Source: a virus. Taken from it: 64,000 bases of DNA. Position numbers and translations under genes: made by a program. The notes under the pieces are model-generated. The model ran no database searches. It was not told the origin of the DNA and saw nothing but the letters and a program-made list of their open reading frames with translations. Where the stretch lies: positions 1 through 64,000 of the IMG/VR virus record IMGVR_UViG_3300033143_003083. One strand, written 5' to 3'. This document shows positions 29,132 to 38,464 of this stretch, piece by piece; the stretch's first letter is position 1; the number at the start of each line of letters is the position of its first letter.

Positions 29132-29367
29132 AGTAACACATACGCCGCAACATCATCTATATCCATCTCAACATTATCATCATGCATTTGTTGAACATCC
29201 CTACAAAGTTGAGCAATTTCCTCGTATTCTAAACTGCCAGACACACTGATTCTTTTGACAAATGCACCTTGTGCGCCATTCCCCCCAATCCTAATTATTA
29301 ACGATGACTTAGCACCAGCAATCGCATGATGATGACTAAACATTATGTAATACTTACTACAACTCAT
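29128..29367 (-). CDS. GMSxEEI-tail family protein (divergent)
   Basis: MDIDDVAAYVLL. Confidence 0.6.
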   Translation of the reverse strand: MSCSKYYIMFSHHHAIAGAKSSLIIRIGGNGAQGAFVKRISVSGSLEYEEIAQLCRDVQQMHDDNVEMDIDDVAAYVLL

Positions 29368-29614
29368 AATAATCCCTGAGCATTTCCCAACTCATACCAT
29401 CTTTGTGTAGTTGTTCCATCCGTTGCAAAAGCATAATACCTTCTTCACTGGGACTTCTTTTCAGGTTATCAAGAAACTTATAATTGGTCACATCAACACT
29501 CAGACTATAACCTGCCTTATGAATTACCACCTTGCCGTAATCAACTACCTTACCATAAGTGGCATGATCGGTCACTGTTGGAAACTGAAGATTATATCCG
29601 TCATACGTAATCAT
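29357..29614 (-). CDS. GMSxEEI-tail family protein
   Basis: DGMSWEMLRDYYEL. Confidence 0.7.
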   Translation of the reverse strand: MITYDGYNLQFPTVTDHATYGKVVDYGKVVIHKAGYSLSVDVTNYKFLDNLKRSPSEEGIMLLQRMEQLHKDGMSWEMLRDYYEL

Positions 29615-29838
29615 AATTCAAGATACGCCTTGATTTCTTCCCAACTCATTCCCTTGTGTACCATCCTTATCAGTAATTTTTCAAGACCATTAAGATCTTG
29701 GTAATTACCAATATTAATTGTCAATTGAATATTATCATCAACAGACACATACAACGTATAATTAGGTGGCGCACTCAAATCATTGCGGTCTTGTTCGCCA
29801 AAAACTTCAAGACTGAATTCATTAATCTTAACTGACAT
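29611..29838 (-). CDS. GMSxEEI-tail family protein
   Basis: KGMSWEEIKAYLEL; start MSVKINE. Confidence 0.7.
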   Translation of the reverse strand: MSVKINEFSLEVFGEQDRNDLSAPPNYTLYVSVDDNIQLTINIGNYQDLNGLEKLLIRMVHKGMSWEEIKAYLEL

Positions 29839-29851
29839 TCTAAATACTCCT

Positions 29852-30295
29852 ATGGGCAAATTTGCACAAGGTGATTACACCGTAATCAACAAAGAAAAAT
29901 ATATGGGTAATATTCATAAGGTTCGCTATTTGTCCTCATGGGAACTTGTCTTGTTAAAATTCTTTGACATGAATACTAGCATACTGGAATGGAATAGTGA
30001 AGATGTTATCGTCCCATACTATTCAAATGCTGATCAGAAGAAACGTAGGTACATGGTAGATTTCTATATCAAGTACAAGACGAAAGATGGAGTCATAAAA
30101 AAAGAGTTACTGGAAGTAAAACCGTATGCTCAAACATTACCCCCAACAAAAAGAGGAAGGAAGAAACAATCAACCTTCCTCAAAGAAGTTTACACATACC
30201 AAGTGAATATTGATAAATGGAAAGCGGCAACTGCATTTGCAAAAGCACGTGGTATGGAATTCAGACTTATCACTGAGCACGACATTTTTAAGTAG
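29852..30295 (+). CDS. Head completion nuclease, T4 gp4-like (TnsA-N fold)
   Basis: N.EKY.G, SSWE, W.SE..VPY, RY.VDF, EVKP, N..KW.AA, F.LITE; TAAATA at 29841-29846. Confidence 0.9.
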   Translation: MGKFAQGDYTVINKEKYMGNIHKVRYLSSWELVLLKFFDMNTSILEWNSEDVIVPYYSNADQKKRRYMVDFYIKYKTKDGVIKKELLEVKPYAQTLPPTKRGRKKQSTFLKEVYTYQVNIDKWKAATAFAKARGMEFRLITEHDIFK

Positions 30296-30782
30296 ATTGT
30301 CTGTGTTCTACTAACTCACCCCATAACATTTTCATTTGATTGTTGTACTTGCTAATCATACTTTCGTTAATTGCTCTCATTACCAACCACACCATACCAA
30401 TGATGAACATATCACCCCATAAAACGATAACAACTGATTCAGTGACATGTGTTAGGGAAGTCATACGTTCATTAAATTTGGAACGATTCATTTCACAATA
30501 GGTAGCTTTGATTGTATTATCATTATACTTACGTTTTGTTATGTAATCTTTAATCTGATTTGGGTTACACATGTACCCCAACATATTTTTTAAACCTGTG
30601 TATGCAATCAGATTAAAGACAATTAACACACCAATCAACCAATCAAGGTGGGCAATTGATAAGAATGTTACCCCAGCCAAACTTAGTAACATGCCGATCA
30701 CAGCCTTGAACGTTACTTGCTTTGACTCAGCAAACAGTTCAAACATTACCTCTAAGTTTTTGAAGTACATTTCAGATTTCAT
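30288..30782 (-). CDS. Membrane protein
   Basis: Several hydrophobic segments. Confidence 0.55.
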   Translation of the reverse strand: MKSEMYFKNLEVMFELFAESKQVTFKAVIGMLLSLAGVTFLSIAHLDWLIGVLIVFNLIAYTGLKNMLGYMCNPNQIKDYITKRKYNDNTIKATYCEMNRSKFNERMTSLTHVTESVVIVLWGDMFIIGMVWLVMRAINESMISKYNNQMKMLWGELVEHRQST

Positions 30783-31123
30783 AGATACACATTTACCATA
30801 TCTACTTGTTTTTTCATATTCTCAAGTTGTTTAATGTATGCTGGGTTATATGCAAAGCAATGTTTCTGGATGGCTATATTCATCATAATAAGACCAATAA
30901 CTACTTCATCTTTATTGTCAGTATACGCTTTGCAATGTTCATTAGTTTTAACCCAAGTTTTAGCCAGATCGTCACCAACTGCGTACAGAATGTTTGCACA
31001 ATTCTCAGCAGTCTTACCTAAACTAATTGCGTTATCAATTGGTGTACACAAAGTGGTTGCATACGCAGATCCAAAGGAAAGGGTTAATATTAATATCAAT
31101 ATGTTTTTCATGGGTTTCTCCAT
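30779..31123 (-). CDS. Secreted/periplasmic hypothetical protein
   Basis: Signal peptide ending AYA; 4 Cys. Confidence 0.55.
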   Translation of the reverse strand: MEKPMKNILILILTLSFGSAYATTLCTPIDNAISLGKTAENCANILYAVGDDLAKTWVKTNEHCKAYTDNKDEVVIGLIMMNIAIQKHCFAYNPAYIKQLENMKKQVDMVNVYL

Positions 31124-31130
31124 TAGTTAG

Positions 31131-31535
31131 TTAGAATTCAATTCCAGCAGTAAGATCACTGTCTTCAATCATTTTTGCAATCTCAACTTCAGCAAACGCT
31201 TCATCAAGTTGCCTGATAAGACGAATTGCAGGATCTTTTGATGATTCATCCCTGCCAGCAATCATTTTGGTGATTGACATGACGTTTTCAACAAGGGTTT
31301 GTTCACGGTCAAATCTGCCAGTGTATATTTCACCATTTGCCATACGCTTATCAGTAATTTCTCTGGCGGTCTTACGGCAGAAGTTATCTTCGTCTGAGCA
31401 GATAGCACAAGAGAAAGTGATAACGTTGTTATCCTGATTCACATCAATTTTCAGTGCAATTTTTTTGACGTAGTGATACTTAGGTTTGTAATATCGGTAG
31501 TCGATAAAACCTTTTTCAGTGTCTTCATATGCCAT
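31131..31535 (-). CDS. Conserved phage hypothetical protein
   Basis: AICS..DNFCRK..REI motif; AGGAG SD. Confidence 0.6.
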   Translation of the reverse strand: MAYEDTEKGFIDYRYYKPKYHYVKKIALKIDVNQDNNVITFSCAICSDEDNFCRKTAREITDKRMANGEIYTGRFDREQTLVENVMSITKMIAGRDESSKDPAIRLIRQLDEAFAEVEIAKMIEDSDLTAGIEF

Positions 31536-31572
31536 TAGAATGTCTCCTTTTAAACGTTCTAACTAAGTTAAA

Positions 31573-31800
31573 TTACTTTTTATCTTCGTCTTCAACTTCT
31601 TCGTCTTCTTCGTCTTTTTCCATATCAGACTTGTCAGATTTCTTTTTCTTTTTGTCTTTGCAATCACAGTTTTCTTTGTCTTTGCAATCACAATCAGACT
31701 CAGTTTTTTCATCAGATTCATCTTTTTCCATTTCTTTTTCAGATGCGTCCATTTCTGCCAATCTACTCATTTCTTCTTCTACTAATTGTTCAAAATTCAT
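31573..31800 (-). CDS. Highly charged late protein, probable prohead core/internal protein
   Basis: MNFEQLVEE N-terminus, D/E/K-rich; TAAATA at 31825-31830. Confidence 0.55.
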   Translation of the reverse strand: MNFEQLVEEEMSRLAEMDASEKEMEKDESDEKTESDCDCKDKENCDCKDKKKKKSDKSDMEKDEEDEEVEDEDKK

Positions 31801-31814
31801 TTCAATACCCTCGG

Positions 31815-32213
31815 TTATACAGAGTATTTATGGTATTGTATTGATTGCTTGATGTACAGGATTTCAGAATAGTCAACATACCGCAAAGATTGGTTGTATT
31901 TCGCACCAAACTCAACGTCATTAAGTGTTTCGTTGTCTGATGATTCGATTATTGTTCGGTAATTCACAATACGACCACCACCATCCAGCTTAACTTTTAA
32001 TTTTACCCCACCAAACTTGTAGACTTCTCCATTTTTGAACACAACTTCATAACTATGATATGGTTCATCAAGAATATCACTGACAGCAGGACGTTTCGCC
32101 ACCCCAGCATTGTATCCTTGGACTTCTGCTATTTTTTTGGTGGCATAGTATGTCACAATTAAGAATGCTATGAATGCACCTGTACCAATGATCATGATTG
32201 GGGTATATTCCAT
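31815..32213 (-). CDS. Membrane-anchored hypothetical protein
   Basis: N-terminal TM. Confidence 0.55.
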   Translation of the reverse strand: MEYTPIMIIGTGAFIAFLIVTYYATKKIAEVQGYNAGVAKRPAVSDILDEPYHSYEVVFKNGEVYKFGGVKLKVKLDGGGRIVNYRTIIESSDNETLNDVEFGAKYNQSLRYVDYSEILYIKQSIQYHKYSV

Positions 32214-32416
32214 TATGCCTCCAAATACTTAATAAACGCCATTGCCGCTAATACAACCATACCAACAGAACCAACAAGAATCATGGTGGTAACTATGCTG
32301 GTTTTGATGGCAACCCCAATAATAAACAGATCTAAAAAGATACTGAATGCTGCAATCTTTGGATTGGCAATCGCATACGCTTTAATTTTGCCCCACATCA
32401 TAGGTCTATCAACCAT
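32213..32416 (-). CDS. Small membrane protein
   Basis: Two TM segments. Confidence 0.55.
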   Translation of the reverse strand: MVDRPMMWGKIKAYAIANPKIAAFSIFLDLFIIGVAIKTSIVTTMILVGSVGMVVLAAMAFIKYLEA

Positions 32417-32557
32417 TTAACGAAGACCACACATAATCCAACTACACCAGTAATAATCATGGTTGATAATATGCCTATTTTAAACAGCAGACCAAAAAAA
32501 ACCATACCACCTGATACTGCTGCTACTGCTAACATTGGATTTTCACCAGCGTACTTC

Positions 32558-32755
32558 TTAATTTTTTCCCACATTTTTATTTTCCTCTATTAAATCATCA
32601 ATAATTTTTTCAACACTTAGTTTACCATTGCCACCCTGACACCAACAAGTAGTGCAGGTGAATTGGTCATCGTAAATACATCCACAATCAGGACAATCAA
32701 CAGTGACCCCATCAAAGCAATCTTCTTCTTTTAACCTGTCGATTAATGAACCCAT
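32558..32755 (-). CDS. Zn-ribbon small protein
   Basis: CPDC...CTTC. Confidence 0.55.
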   Translation of the reverse strand: MGSLIDRLKEEDCFDGVTVDCPDCGCIYDDQFTCTTCWCQGGNGKLSVEKIIDDLIEENKNVGKN

Positions 32756-33214
32756 TTACCTTTCCTCACAACTTGGATGACCATATCGACTAAAGAATCT
32801 TAATGGTCGCATAAATTTACCTTTGACAAAAAATCCCCAGTTCTGAATCTTCCGTCCACAGAACAAGAGTGTAATCGTACCATGCTTCGGGTTCCCCACA
32901 TAATGTGTATGATCTGCCTTACGGTATCTCACTGAACCAGTTGGCAGCAGTTCACAGTGTATGCCACCGTATTCGCCTATTGATGCCACATCAGTGTAAC
33001 CACCCCACAAAACGACTGTCAGGAAGTTAAACGCATGGTTGTGCATGTAACGCTTATCATCAGACCGATACCACTGATGTATTCTTATTGAGAAGAAGTA
33101 AAAGTTAAATACCCATCTTCTCATATAGGGACATTCTTTATTCCCTAACTTTTCATTCCATCTGATACCAAATGGCTTGATTCGTTTCTTGTCTGTATCA
33201 GCAGGATTAGACAT
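32756..33214 (-). CDS. Cupin-like phage protein
   Basis: YMRRW, IH...SDD...HNH.F.F..V..GGY, H. Confidence 0.55.
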   Translation of the reverse strand: MSNPADTDKKRIKPFGIRWNEKLGNKECPYMRRWVFNFYFFSIRIHQWYRSDDKRYMHNHAFNFLTVVLWGGYTDVASIGEYGGIHCELLPTGSVRYRKADHTHYVGNPKHGTITLLFCGRKIQNWGFFVKGKFMRPLRFFSRYGHPSCEER

Positions 33215-33217
33215 GAT

Positions 33218-33361
33218 TTATTTCTTACGTTTCTTAAAATACAGACCAGTAAGATAACCAGCAATGCCGATCACTATCATCAACACAACAAACAAATCTG
33301 TTGCCATACTGAAATCAATACCGAAAATTGTTTTACCTATTTCTGTTTTACTTTCCATCAT
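33218..33361 (-). CDS. Small membrane protein
   Basis: GAGG SD, single TM followed by basic tail. Confidence 0.5.
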   Translation of the reverse strand: MMESKTEIGKTIFGIDFSMATDLFVVLMIVIGIAGYLTGLYFKKRKK

Positions 33362-33378
33362 ACTTTCCTCTTTAAATT

Positions 33379-33503
33379 TGGTCGCGGGGGGTCGCATCGA
33401 ACAACCAACCTTCCTCATGTTAAACTCAGGTACACGTCTGCACTAACAGTACTAGCAACCGTCTGAGTCCTCAAGGACGCTCTGCCAATTGAGCTACCCC
33501 GCG
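33379..33503 (-). ncRNA. tRNA-like RNA (125 nt) with 56-nt structured insert replacing the anticodon loop
   Basis: CGCGGGG/CCCCGCG-A-CCA acceptor, GCTC-AATTGGCA-GAGC D arm, TCCTT/GAGGA stem, GGTTG-TTCGATG-CGACC T arm. Confidence 0.8.
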
Positions 33504-33522
33504 TTATCAATAGTGTAACACA

Positions 33523-33897
33523 TCAATCAGAATTTTGCCACATCATCATATCACGTATAACCGTAATGTTGTTTGGATTATGTCGGTAATCTTCAGGATG
33601 CATAATGAAATACAACCATGCAGGTTCATCTACATCAACCAATGAAATTTCTTTACGTTCATAGAAACTACCATTACTTTCAATCAAATCAAGTGTGGCT
33701 AATACATTATCATTAACTTCATATACTTCACCAAAGATATGTCCGGTGTCTATAGATTCAACCACAGCAGGAAAAGCACCCAATGAAAACATATGATACT
33801 TTTCTCTGGTGATAGTTTTTACAATCAGCTTACTATCATACAAATGATGATGATTAGGAAATCCCTTCATCAAAGAACCATATACAAAAATTTTCAT
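33523..33897 (-). CDS. Gamma-glutamylcyclotransferase (AIG2-like)
   Basis: IFVYGSLMKG..NH, GEVYEV, LD.IE, YER. Confidence 0.85.
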   Translation of the reverse strand: MKIFVYGSLMKGFPNHHHLYDSKLIVKTITREKYHMFSLGAFPAVVESIDTGHIFGEVYEVNDNVLATLDLIESNGSFYERKEISLVDVDEPAWLYFIMHPEDYRHNPNNITVIRDMMMWQNSD

Positions 33898-33898
33898 A

Positions 33899-34291
33899 TC
33901 ATAACTCCACGAATGCTTGGTATTCTTCACTGAAGAAGTGTTGATGGTTTCTTACAATAACAGATCCAAGACTGTACAAGTTAATCAGAAATTCAGTCAT
34001 ATCATCTTCTTTCAATCTACTCTGTGAATAACCTATTCTTTGATTAAATTCTATGCTATGACCAAAACGAGTTTTTATATAATTAGCTAAACAGAATTCT
34101 GATAACTCTTTAAACAGGGGTCTGTTATCAGCATATGTAATAGTCTGTGATATCACCACATACATTAAAGTTCTGAAACCATAATCATCACTATAACTTA
34201 AACGCTTGTGAAGTTTTTCAAACAAATCTTTGCTGCCATGCTTATCAGCCAGAACAATTATTTGTTTGATTTCTAATTCAATGAATGGCAT
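33899..34291 (-). CDS. Hypothetical protein (ends FVEL)
   Basis: TAATG-coupled ORF. Confidence 0.55.
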   Translation of the reverse strand: MPFIELEIKQIIVLADKHGSKDLFEKLHKRLSYSDDYGFRTLMYVVISQTITYADNRPLFKELSEFCLANYIKTRFGHSIEFNQRIGYSQSRLKEDDMTEFLINLYSLGSVIVRNHQHFFSEEYQAFVEL

Positions 34292-34905
34292 TAAAGAAGT
34301 ACCCAATCAAAGGTTGGGAATATACATTTACTATTCCATACAAGTACATCCCACATATGACATTGTGGTTCATATAACCCATGTGCATAATCACTGCGTG
34401 AATCAGAAGAATCATATCCACCACTCACATATATTTCGTCAATGTTATAACCTGCTTTTAAATTTGTTTCAATGATGCTGAGTAAATCAGATTTCGTTCC
34501 TTCCCAATTTGTCTCACCACAACGTTCACCCTCAAACATAAAGATCACTTCAGTTTCGCGTCTGAAAATAAAGCTGCTGATAGTTTCGAATGCACGTTCT
34601 TTTTTTATCTTATCGTTTAATTCTTTCATTGTGTTGTAGAACGGAAGGAAAGGTTTTTTGTTACCAAGTTGAACCACCTGAACATTAACAACAGCCTGTC
34701 CGGTAAATCCTTTCCAATGTGCAATAAGACGTTCGCGGGGGGTGTCAGTAGGATTACCTATCAGTTTATGAGTTGATCCAGTTTCCTGATCGGACAACAC
34801 ATATTCAACCACACGTTTGTTGTCTTCAACTACTGCAACAAGAATAGAACTTCCTTCTTGTGCTAATACTTGAGTATCAAGCACACGTGAGTTCAAAGTC
34901 TTCAT
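34291..34905 (-). CDS. Hypothetical protein (ends WVLL)
   Basis: 204-aa ORF. Confidence 0.6.
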   Translation of the reverse strand: MKTLNSRVLDTQVLAQEGSSILVAVVEDNKRVVEYVLSDQETGSTHKLIGNPTDTPRERLIAHWKGFTGQAVVNVQVVQLGNKKPFLPFYNTMKELNDKIKKERAFETISSFIFRRETEVIFMFEGERCGETNWEGTKSDLLSIIETNLKAGYNIDEIYVSGGYDSSDSRSDYAHGLYEPQCHMWDVLVWNSKCIFPTFDWVLL

Positions 34906-35282
34906 AATGCATTCCTCGCAACAATGTCATCTTTGATCATTTGAATTTGACCTGCTTTAGTGGCAGGATATCCACGTGTCTTCATTTCGCGTTTGATTAA
35001 TGCAGAAGGATGAAACCAACCTTTAGATTCCATAGCAGCTAATGGAGAAGATTCTTTTTCTAACTTGAAGTATTCTTCTTGAGTGAAATTTTTAACCATG
35101 AAGTTAACCCAAGTCTTCCAAGGTTTACTACCATACTTAAAACGTGCTATGAATTTCATATCAGTATTTGAAAGGTAACGGTATCCAGACTCAGATTCAG
35201 TGAACCCGTTTGGTTGATACATCAGATACATACCATCCCAATTGAAGTGTTCTTTTACAAAAGATGTTGCTTGGTTTTCCAT
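34902..35282 (-). CDS. Conserved T4-superfamily hypothetical early protein
   Basis: DGMYLMY...FIARFKY...KNFT.EEY; follows sigma70 promoter. Confidence 0.6.
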   Translation of the reverse strand: MENQATSFVKEHFNWDGMYLMYQPNGFTESESGYRYLSNTDMKFIARFKYGSKPWKTWVNFMVKNFTQEEYFKLEKESSPLAAMESKGWFHPSALIKREMKTRGYPATKAGQIQMIKDDIVARNAL

Positions 35283-35305
35283 GACTTTTCCCCTAAGTTT
35301 TCAGT

Positions 35306-35334
35306 ATTATAGATTGAAAACTTAGGGATGTCAA
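35306..35334 (-). promoter_or_regulatory. Early sigma70-type promoter with inverted repeat around -10
   Basis: TTGACA-17nt-TATAAT; CCCTAAGTTTTCA (35291-35303) / TGAAAACTTAGGG (35315-35327). Confidence 0.9.
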
Positions 35335-35343
35335 GTTATCAAT

Positions 35344-35586
35344 CTATTTCTTTGGATAGCAAGCCACACCACTACTTTTAGTACCTGCGACAAATACACA
35401 TGTGATGTTTTTGTTGTCTTTTGGTGTCCATTCGTAGACACGTGGACTGTTGCCACTGGTGTTCAACTTATATTCGTGTTTTGGTTCAACTGACTCTTTA
35501 CCCATTCCAGATAAAGTGTTCCAACCAAGTGCTGATGCGCTTAAGGGTAGCATCATTATTGCCCCAATTACTAATAACTTTTTCAT
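35344..35586 (-). CDS. Small secreted protein
   Basis: Signal peptide ending ASA. Confidence 0.6.
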   Translation of the reverse strand: MKKLLVIGAIMMLPLSASALGWNTLSGMGKESVEPKHEYKLNTSGNSPRVYEWTPKDNKNITCVFVAGTKSSGVACYPKK

Positions 35587-36305
35587 TACTTAAACTCCTT
35601 ATAACTATCTTTAAGAACTTTCCACGAGGTAGGCCATATCTCACTGAGCATTTCGTCAATGGCATTAGCATACACCCGTATTTCGTATTGTGCGTCCTGA
35701 GACTCCCTGAGAACCCAGAATCCGAACCAATTGCGTAATGATGCAGTTGCATACATTTCAGAGTAATTGCCCACAGGGATTACTACACGAGCCTGTTCAC
35801 GACACACTCCCAGCGATTGCAGGTCATGATATGATTTCAGTGCATGTTCATATGCAGATTTAAGACATGCATTTGCTTTCCACTTAAGATGTTCTTCTAT
35901 ATTACCGGAACTTGATTGCTTGTCTCTGGATGCCTGTTGTCTCCATTCTTCCGGTACAAAAAATTTACCTACAGGATCATCAGTGTATCGCATACTCATT
36001 TCATTGTATGCTTGTGTACGGTGTCTATGCCATTCTCTGAATACGAATAGTGGAGCAACAACCCTGAAGGTTGCCGATTGATGTTCGAATGGGGTCATGT
36101 GTCGATGGTCTGCTAAGAAACGCATCAGCTTTGTGTCAGCAGATTCCGTATCACCTGTCTTACCGGATTGTGCATGACTTACTCTGGCAGCAAGTGCTGG
36201 CATTTGATCTGCTGAAAACTTCTCACTGTGTACTTGTGTACTGGCAATTAGTTCAATTACTGAATATGGATCTTGTTCTCCATATGGTTTTAAAATTTTA
36301 CTCAC
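35586..36305 (-). CDS. thyX: Flavin-dependent thymidylate synthase
   Basis: AARVS, H.TPFE, RHR...NE.S.RY, EQAR, AQYEIR. Confidence 0.95.
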   Translation of the reverse strand: MSKILKPYGEQDPYSVIELIASTQVHSEKFSADQMPALAARVSHAQSGKTGDTESADTKLMRFLADHRHMTPFEHQSATFRVVAPLFVFREWHRHRTQAYNEMSMRYTDDPVGKFFVPEEWRQQASRDKQSSSGNIEEHLKWKANACLKSAYEHALKSYHDLQSLGVCREQARVVIPVGNYSEMYATASLRNWFGFWVLRESQDAQYEIRVYANAIDEMLSEIWPTSWKVLKDSYKEFK

Positions 36306-36382
36306 TTAGTATATCTCCTTAAAAAATCGTTCTACCACCATAAAAAGCATGATAGAACTATTCATTAACCGTCAGCTTTATT

Positions 36383-36640
36383 CTAGTCTGACCGTTCAAT
36401 CATCCATACACGATAACCACCATCAAGTGTTCGTGTTGCTATGGTATGTTTTTTTGTTGCGGCATATGCTAATAGACCTGCACGATAAGCAGTGGTGTCT
36501 GCTCGATTGCCATTATTAACCTTAATAAAAAATGAGTCTCCATTTTTCATATCATCAATAATACCATAACGATCTTTTGCTATGGTTTTTCTTGGTGGCA
36601 TTGCCACGTTTTGCTCTAGCTGTATTTGCTCTTGGTACAT
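36383..36640 (-). CDS. Small putative DNA-binding protein
   Basis: M..GDSFF...TRT..GG.RVW. Confidence 0.5.
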   Translation of the reverse strand: MYQEQIQLEQNVAMPPRKTIAKDRYGIIDDMKNGDSFFIKVNNGNRADTTAYRAGLLAYAATKKHTIATRTLDGGYRVWMIERSD

Positions 36641-36670
36641 TTTACTACTCTCCTTTGTTAAAAATTTTAT

Positions 36671-37144
36671 TTAGTGTATCTCTTTACCCGTAGTATAAAA
36701 CACATTTTTCATTTCATCAACCATCATTGACATGGAACGAGTCATATCATCATACACCAATTCATCAACAAAATAAACATCATCTTTCGCCACTTCAAAA
36801 TATATATCATATGGTACATCAATGTATATGATTTCTTGGAAGAAATCTGGATCATGATGGAGTACATCATTCCATAATGAGAAATCATTGTGTAGTCCAT
36901 ATAACATGGGGTTAATGAATGTACCCCCCTTCCTTATCATGGTGTATTGATGTGTTGACACCCCATTGAAAAATTCTTCGTTGAGTGATTCAGGATCATT
37001 CTTTAATATCTCTGGTATAACAATATCTCCAAAAAATTCCCAACTCTTATGACCAACTTTGGCATTGATAAACTTCTTCATAATTGGTTTATCTAAATGG
37101 TGTGCAATGTGACTGTTAACATATATCAAAATTTTAGGTTTCAT
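36671..37144 (-). CDS. Hypothetical protein
   Basis: 157-aa coupled ORF. Confidence 0.55.
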   Translation of the reverse strand: MKPKILIYVNSHIAHHLDKPIMKKFINAKVGHKSWEFFGDIVIPEILKNDPESLNEEFFNGVSTHQYTMIRKGGTFINPMLYGLHNDFSLWNDVLHHDPDFFQEIIYIDVPYDIYFEVAKDDVYFVDELVYDDMTRSMSMMVDEMKNVFYTTGKEIH

Positions 37145-38454
37145 TTTTTCTTCTTTTTATCGAGTATATCTTTAAGTTTCTCACTGCTTCCACTTTTGCT
37201 AACTGGATTAGTTTTACTTAATTTCTTGTGTCCATGTAACTCACTTATCTTAAGTGTTTTACTGTCCCAATGCAACACAACAGGTTTAGTTGAAAATTCA
37301 CTGTTACGCATCTTCAATGCCTGAAGATGTATTTCGTTATTATCAATCTGTTCTTCATTACGGATGATTGCCCAGACAACATCACTTACATTAATCTTTG
37401 ATAGACCCCCTGCAATATGTGCATGACTCTTATGCTCTGTGTCAACGGAATCCCTGTTCAACTGACTTGCGCTAAACAAGAAAGCATTATAATCAACACC
37501 AATCTCTCTGAGTTCTTCGGTCTTTGCATCATCAACATCAAACGCATTACCGTTAACCTTTTCGTTAGTACCCATCCTATCAAGATAATCAACACAAATG
37601 AAATCAGGTTTGTAACCAAATTGTATTTCGTATTCTGTTAGGTATGCTCTGATGTCATTCGAATTACTTTTAACTGGCATCTTCTTAACATACAACTCAC
37701 CATATGTTGTTTCTTTGGTTGATAATATTTTAACGATGTCATCTATGGAATCATATACTTCTTTGGTGTTGACACCTGTTATGATGGAGTCCATACGTTT
37801 TGAGATCAGATCATCACCTAACTCCAATGATATAACAATACCATTTTTACCTACTTCTAACATGTTCTGTGCAACGTTCGCAAGCATAACAGACTTACCT
37901 GAACCGGATGCACCTGCAAACAACACAAGTTCACCACGTCTACATCCTTCAGTTATCATATCAATACTTGGATAACCGATGGGTGTGGTATCAACATGTA
38001 ATTGCATCTGCATCAGACGCATTGCAGGATCACCAAAATAATTGATACCCATATCCTTATCAATGGATATCATCAATGCATCACGTACCAAATTATTAAT
38101 CTTACCAAAGTCAGAACTATCTTCATTTTCACTGATGATATCTGACCCTTTGATTATTGCCATTCGCATAGCAGAAATCTGACAATGACTTTCAATTTCG
38201 TCAGTGATGTAATCCATTTCTGCACTGGTCAGTTCATGTTCGTCAATTTTAAATTCTGTTTCGGCATATACAATCTTAGCATCAGGTAAATCGTGATACT
38301 TGTGTACATAGTCCAAAGTAAATTTTATAACTGAATCAAGTGGTGTATCAAAGTACTCAGGCTTTAAAATACTACCACATTTGATGAAAAGTTCTTTACT
38401 GCATAATAGAAGTTCGACTAATAATTTTTCTTTTGCGTCTACTGTTTCTGACAA
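37141..38454 (-). CDS. Replicative helicase, T4 gp41/DnaB-like
   Basis: GASGSGKS, SLEL, VDYLD, SASQLNR, K.RN. Confidence 0.92.
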   Translation of the reverse strand: MSETVDAKEKLLVELLLCSKELFIKCGSILKPEYFDTPLDSVIKFTLDYVHKYHDLPDAKIVYAETEFKIDEHELTSAEMDYITDEIESHCQISAMRMAIIKGSDIISENEDSSDFGKINNLVRDALMISIDKDMGINYFGDPAMRLMQMQLHVDTTPIGYPSIDMITEGCRRGELVLFAGASGSGKSVMLANVAQNMLEVGKNGIVISLELGDDLISKRMDSIITGVNTKEVYDSIDDIVKILSTKETTYGELYVKKMPVKSNSNDIRAYLTEYEIQFGYKPDFICVDYLDRMGTNEKVNGNAFDVDDAKTEELREIGVDYNAFLFSASQLNRDSVDTEHKSHAHIAGGLSKINVSDVVWAIIRNEEQIDNNEIHLQALKMRNSEFSTKPVVLHWDSKTLKISELHGHKKLSKTNPVSKSGSSEKLKDILDKKKKK

Positions 38455-38464
38455 CCTTAACCCC

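Noticed and set aside
22778-29838. Diversity-generating retroelement driving paralog variation
   Set aside because: No reverse transcriptase in the window and no TR/VR pair with adenine-specific differences seen.
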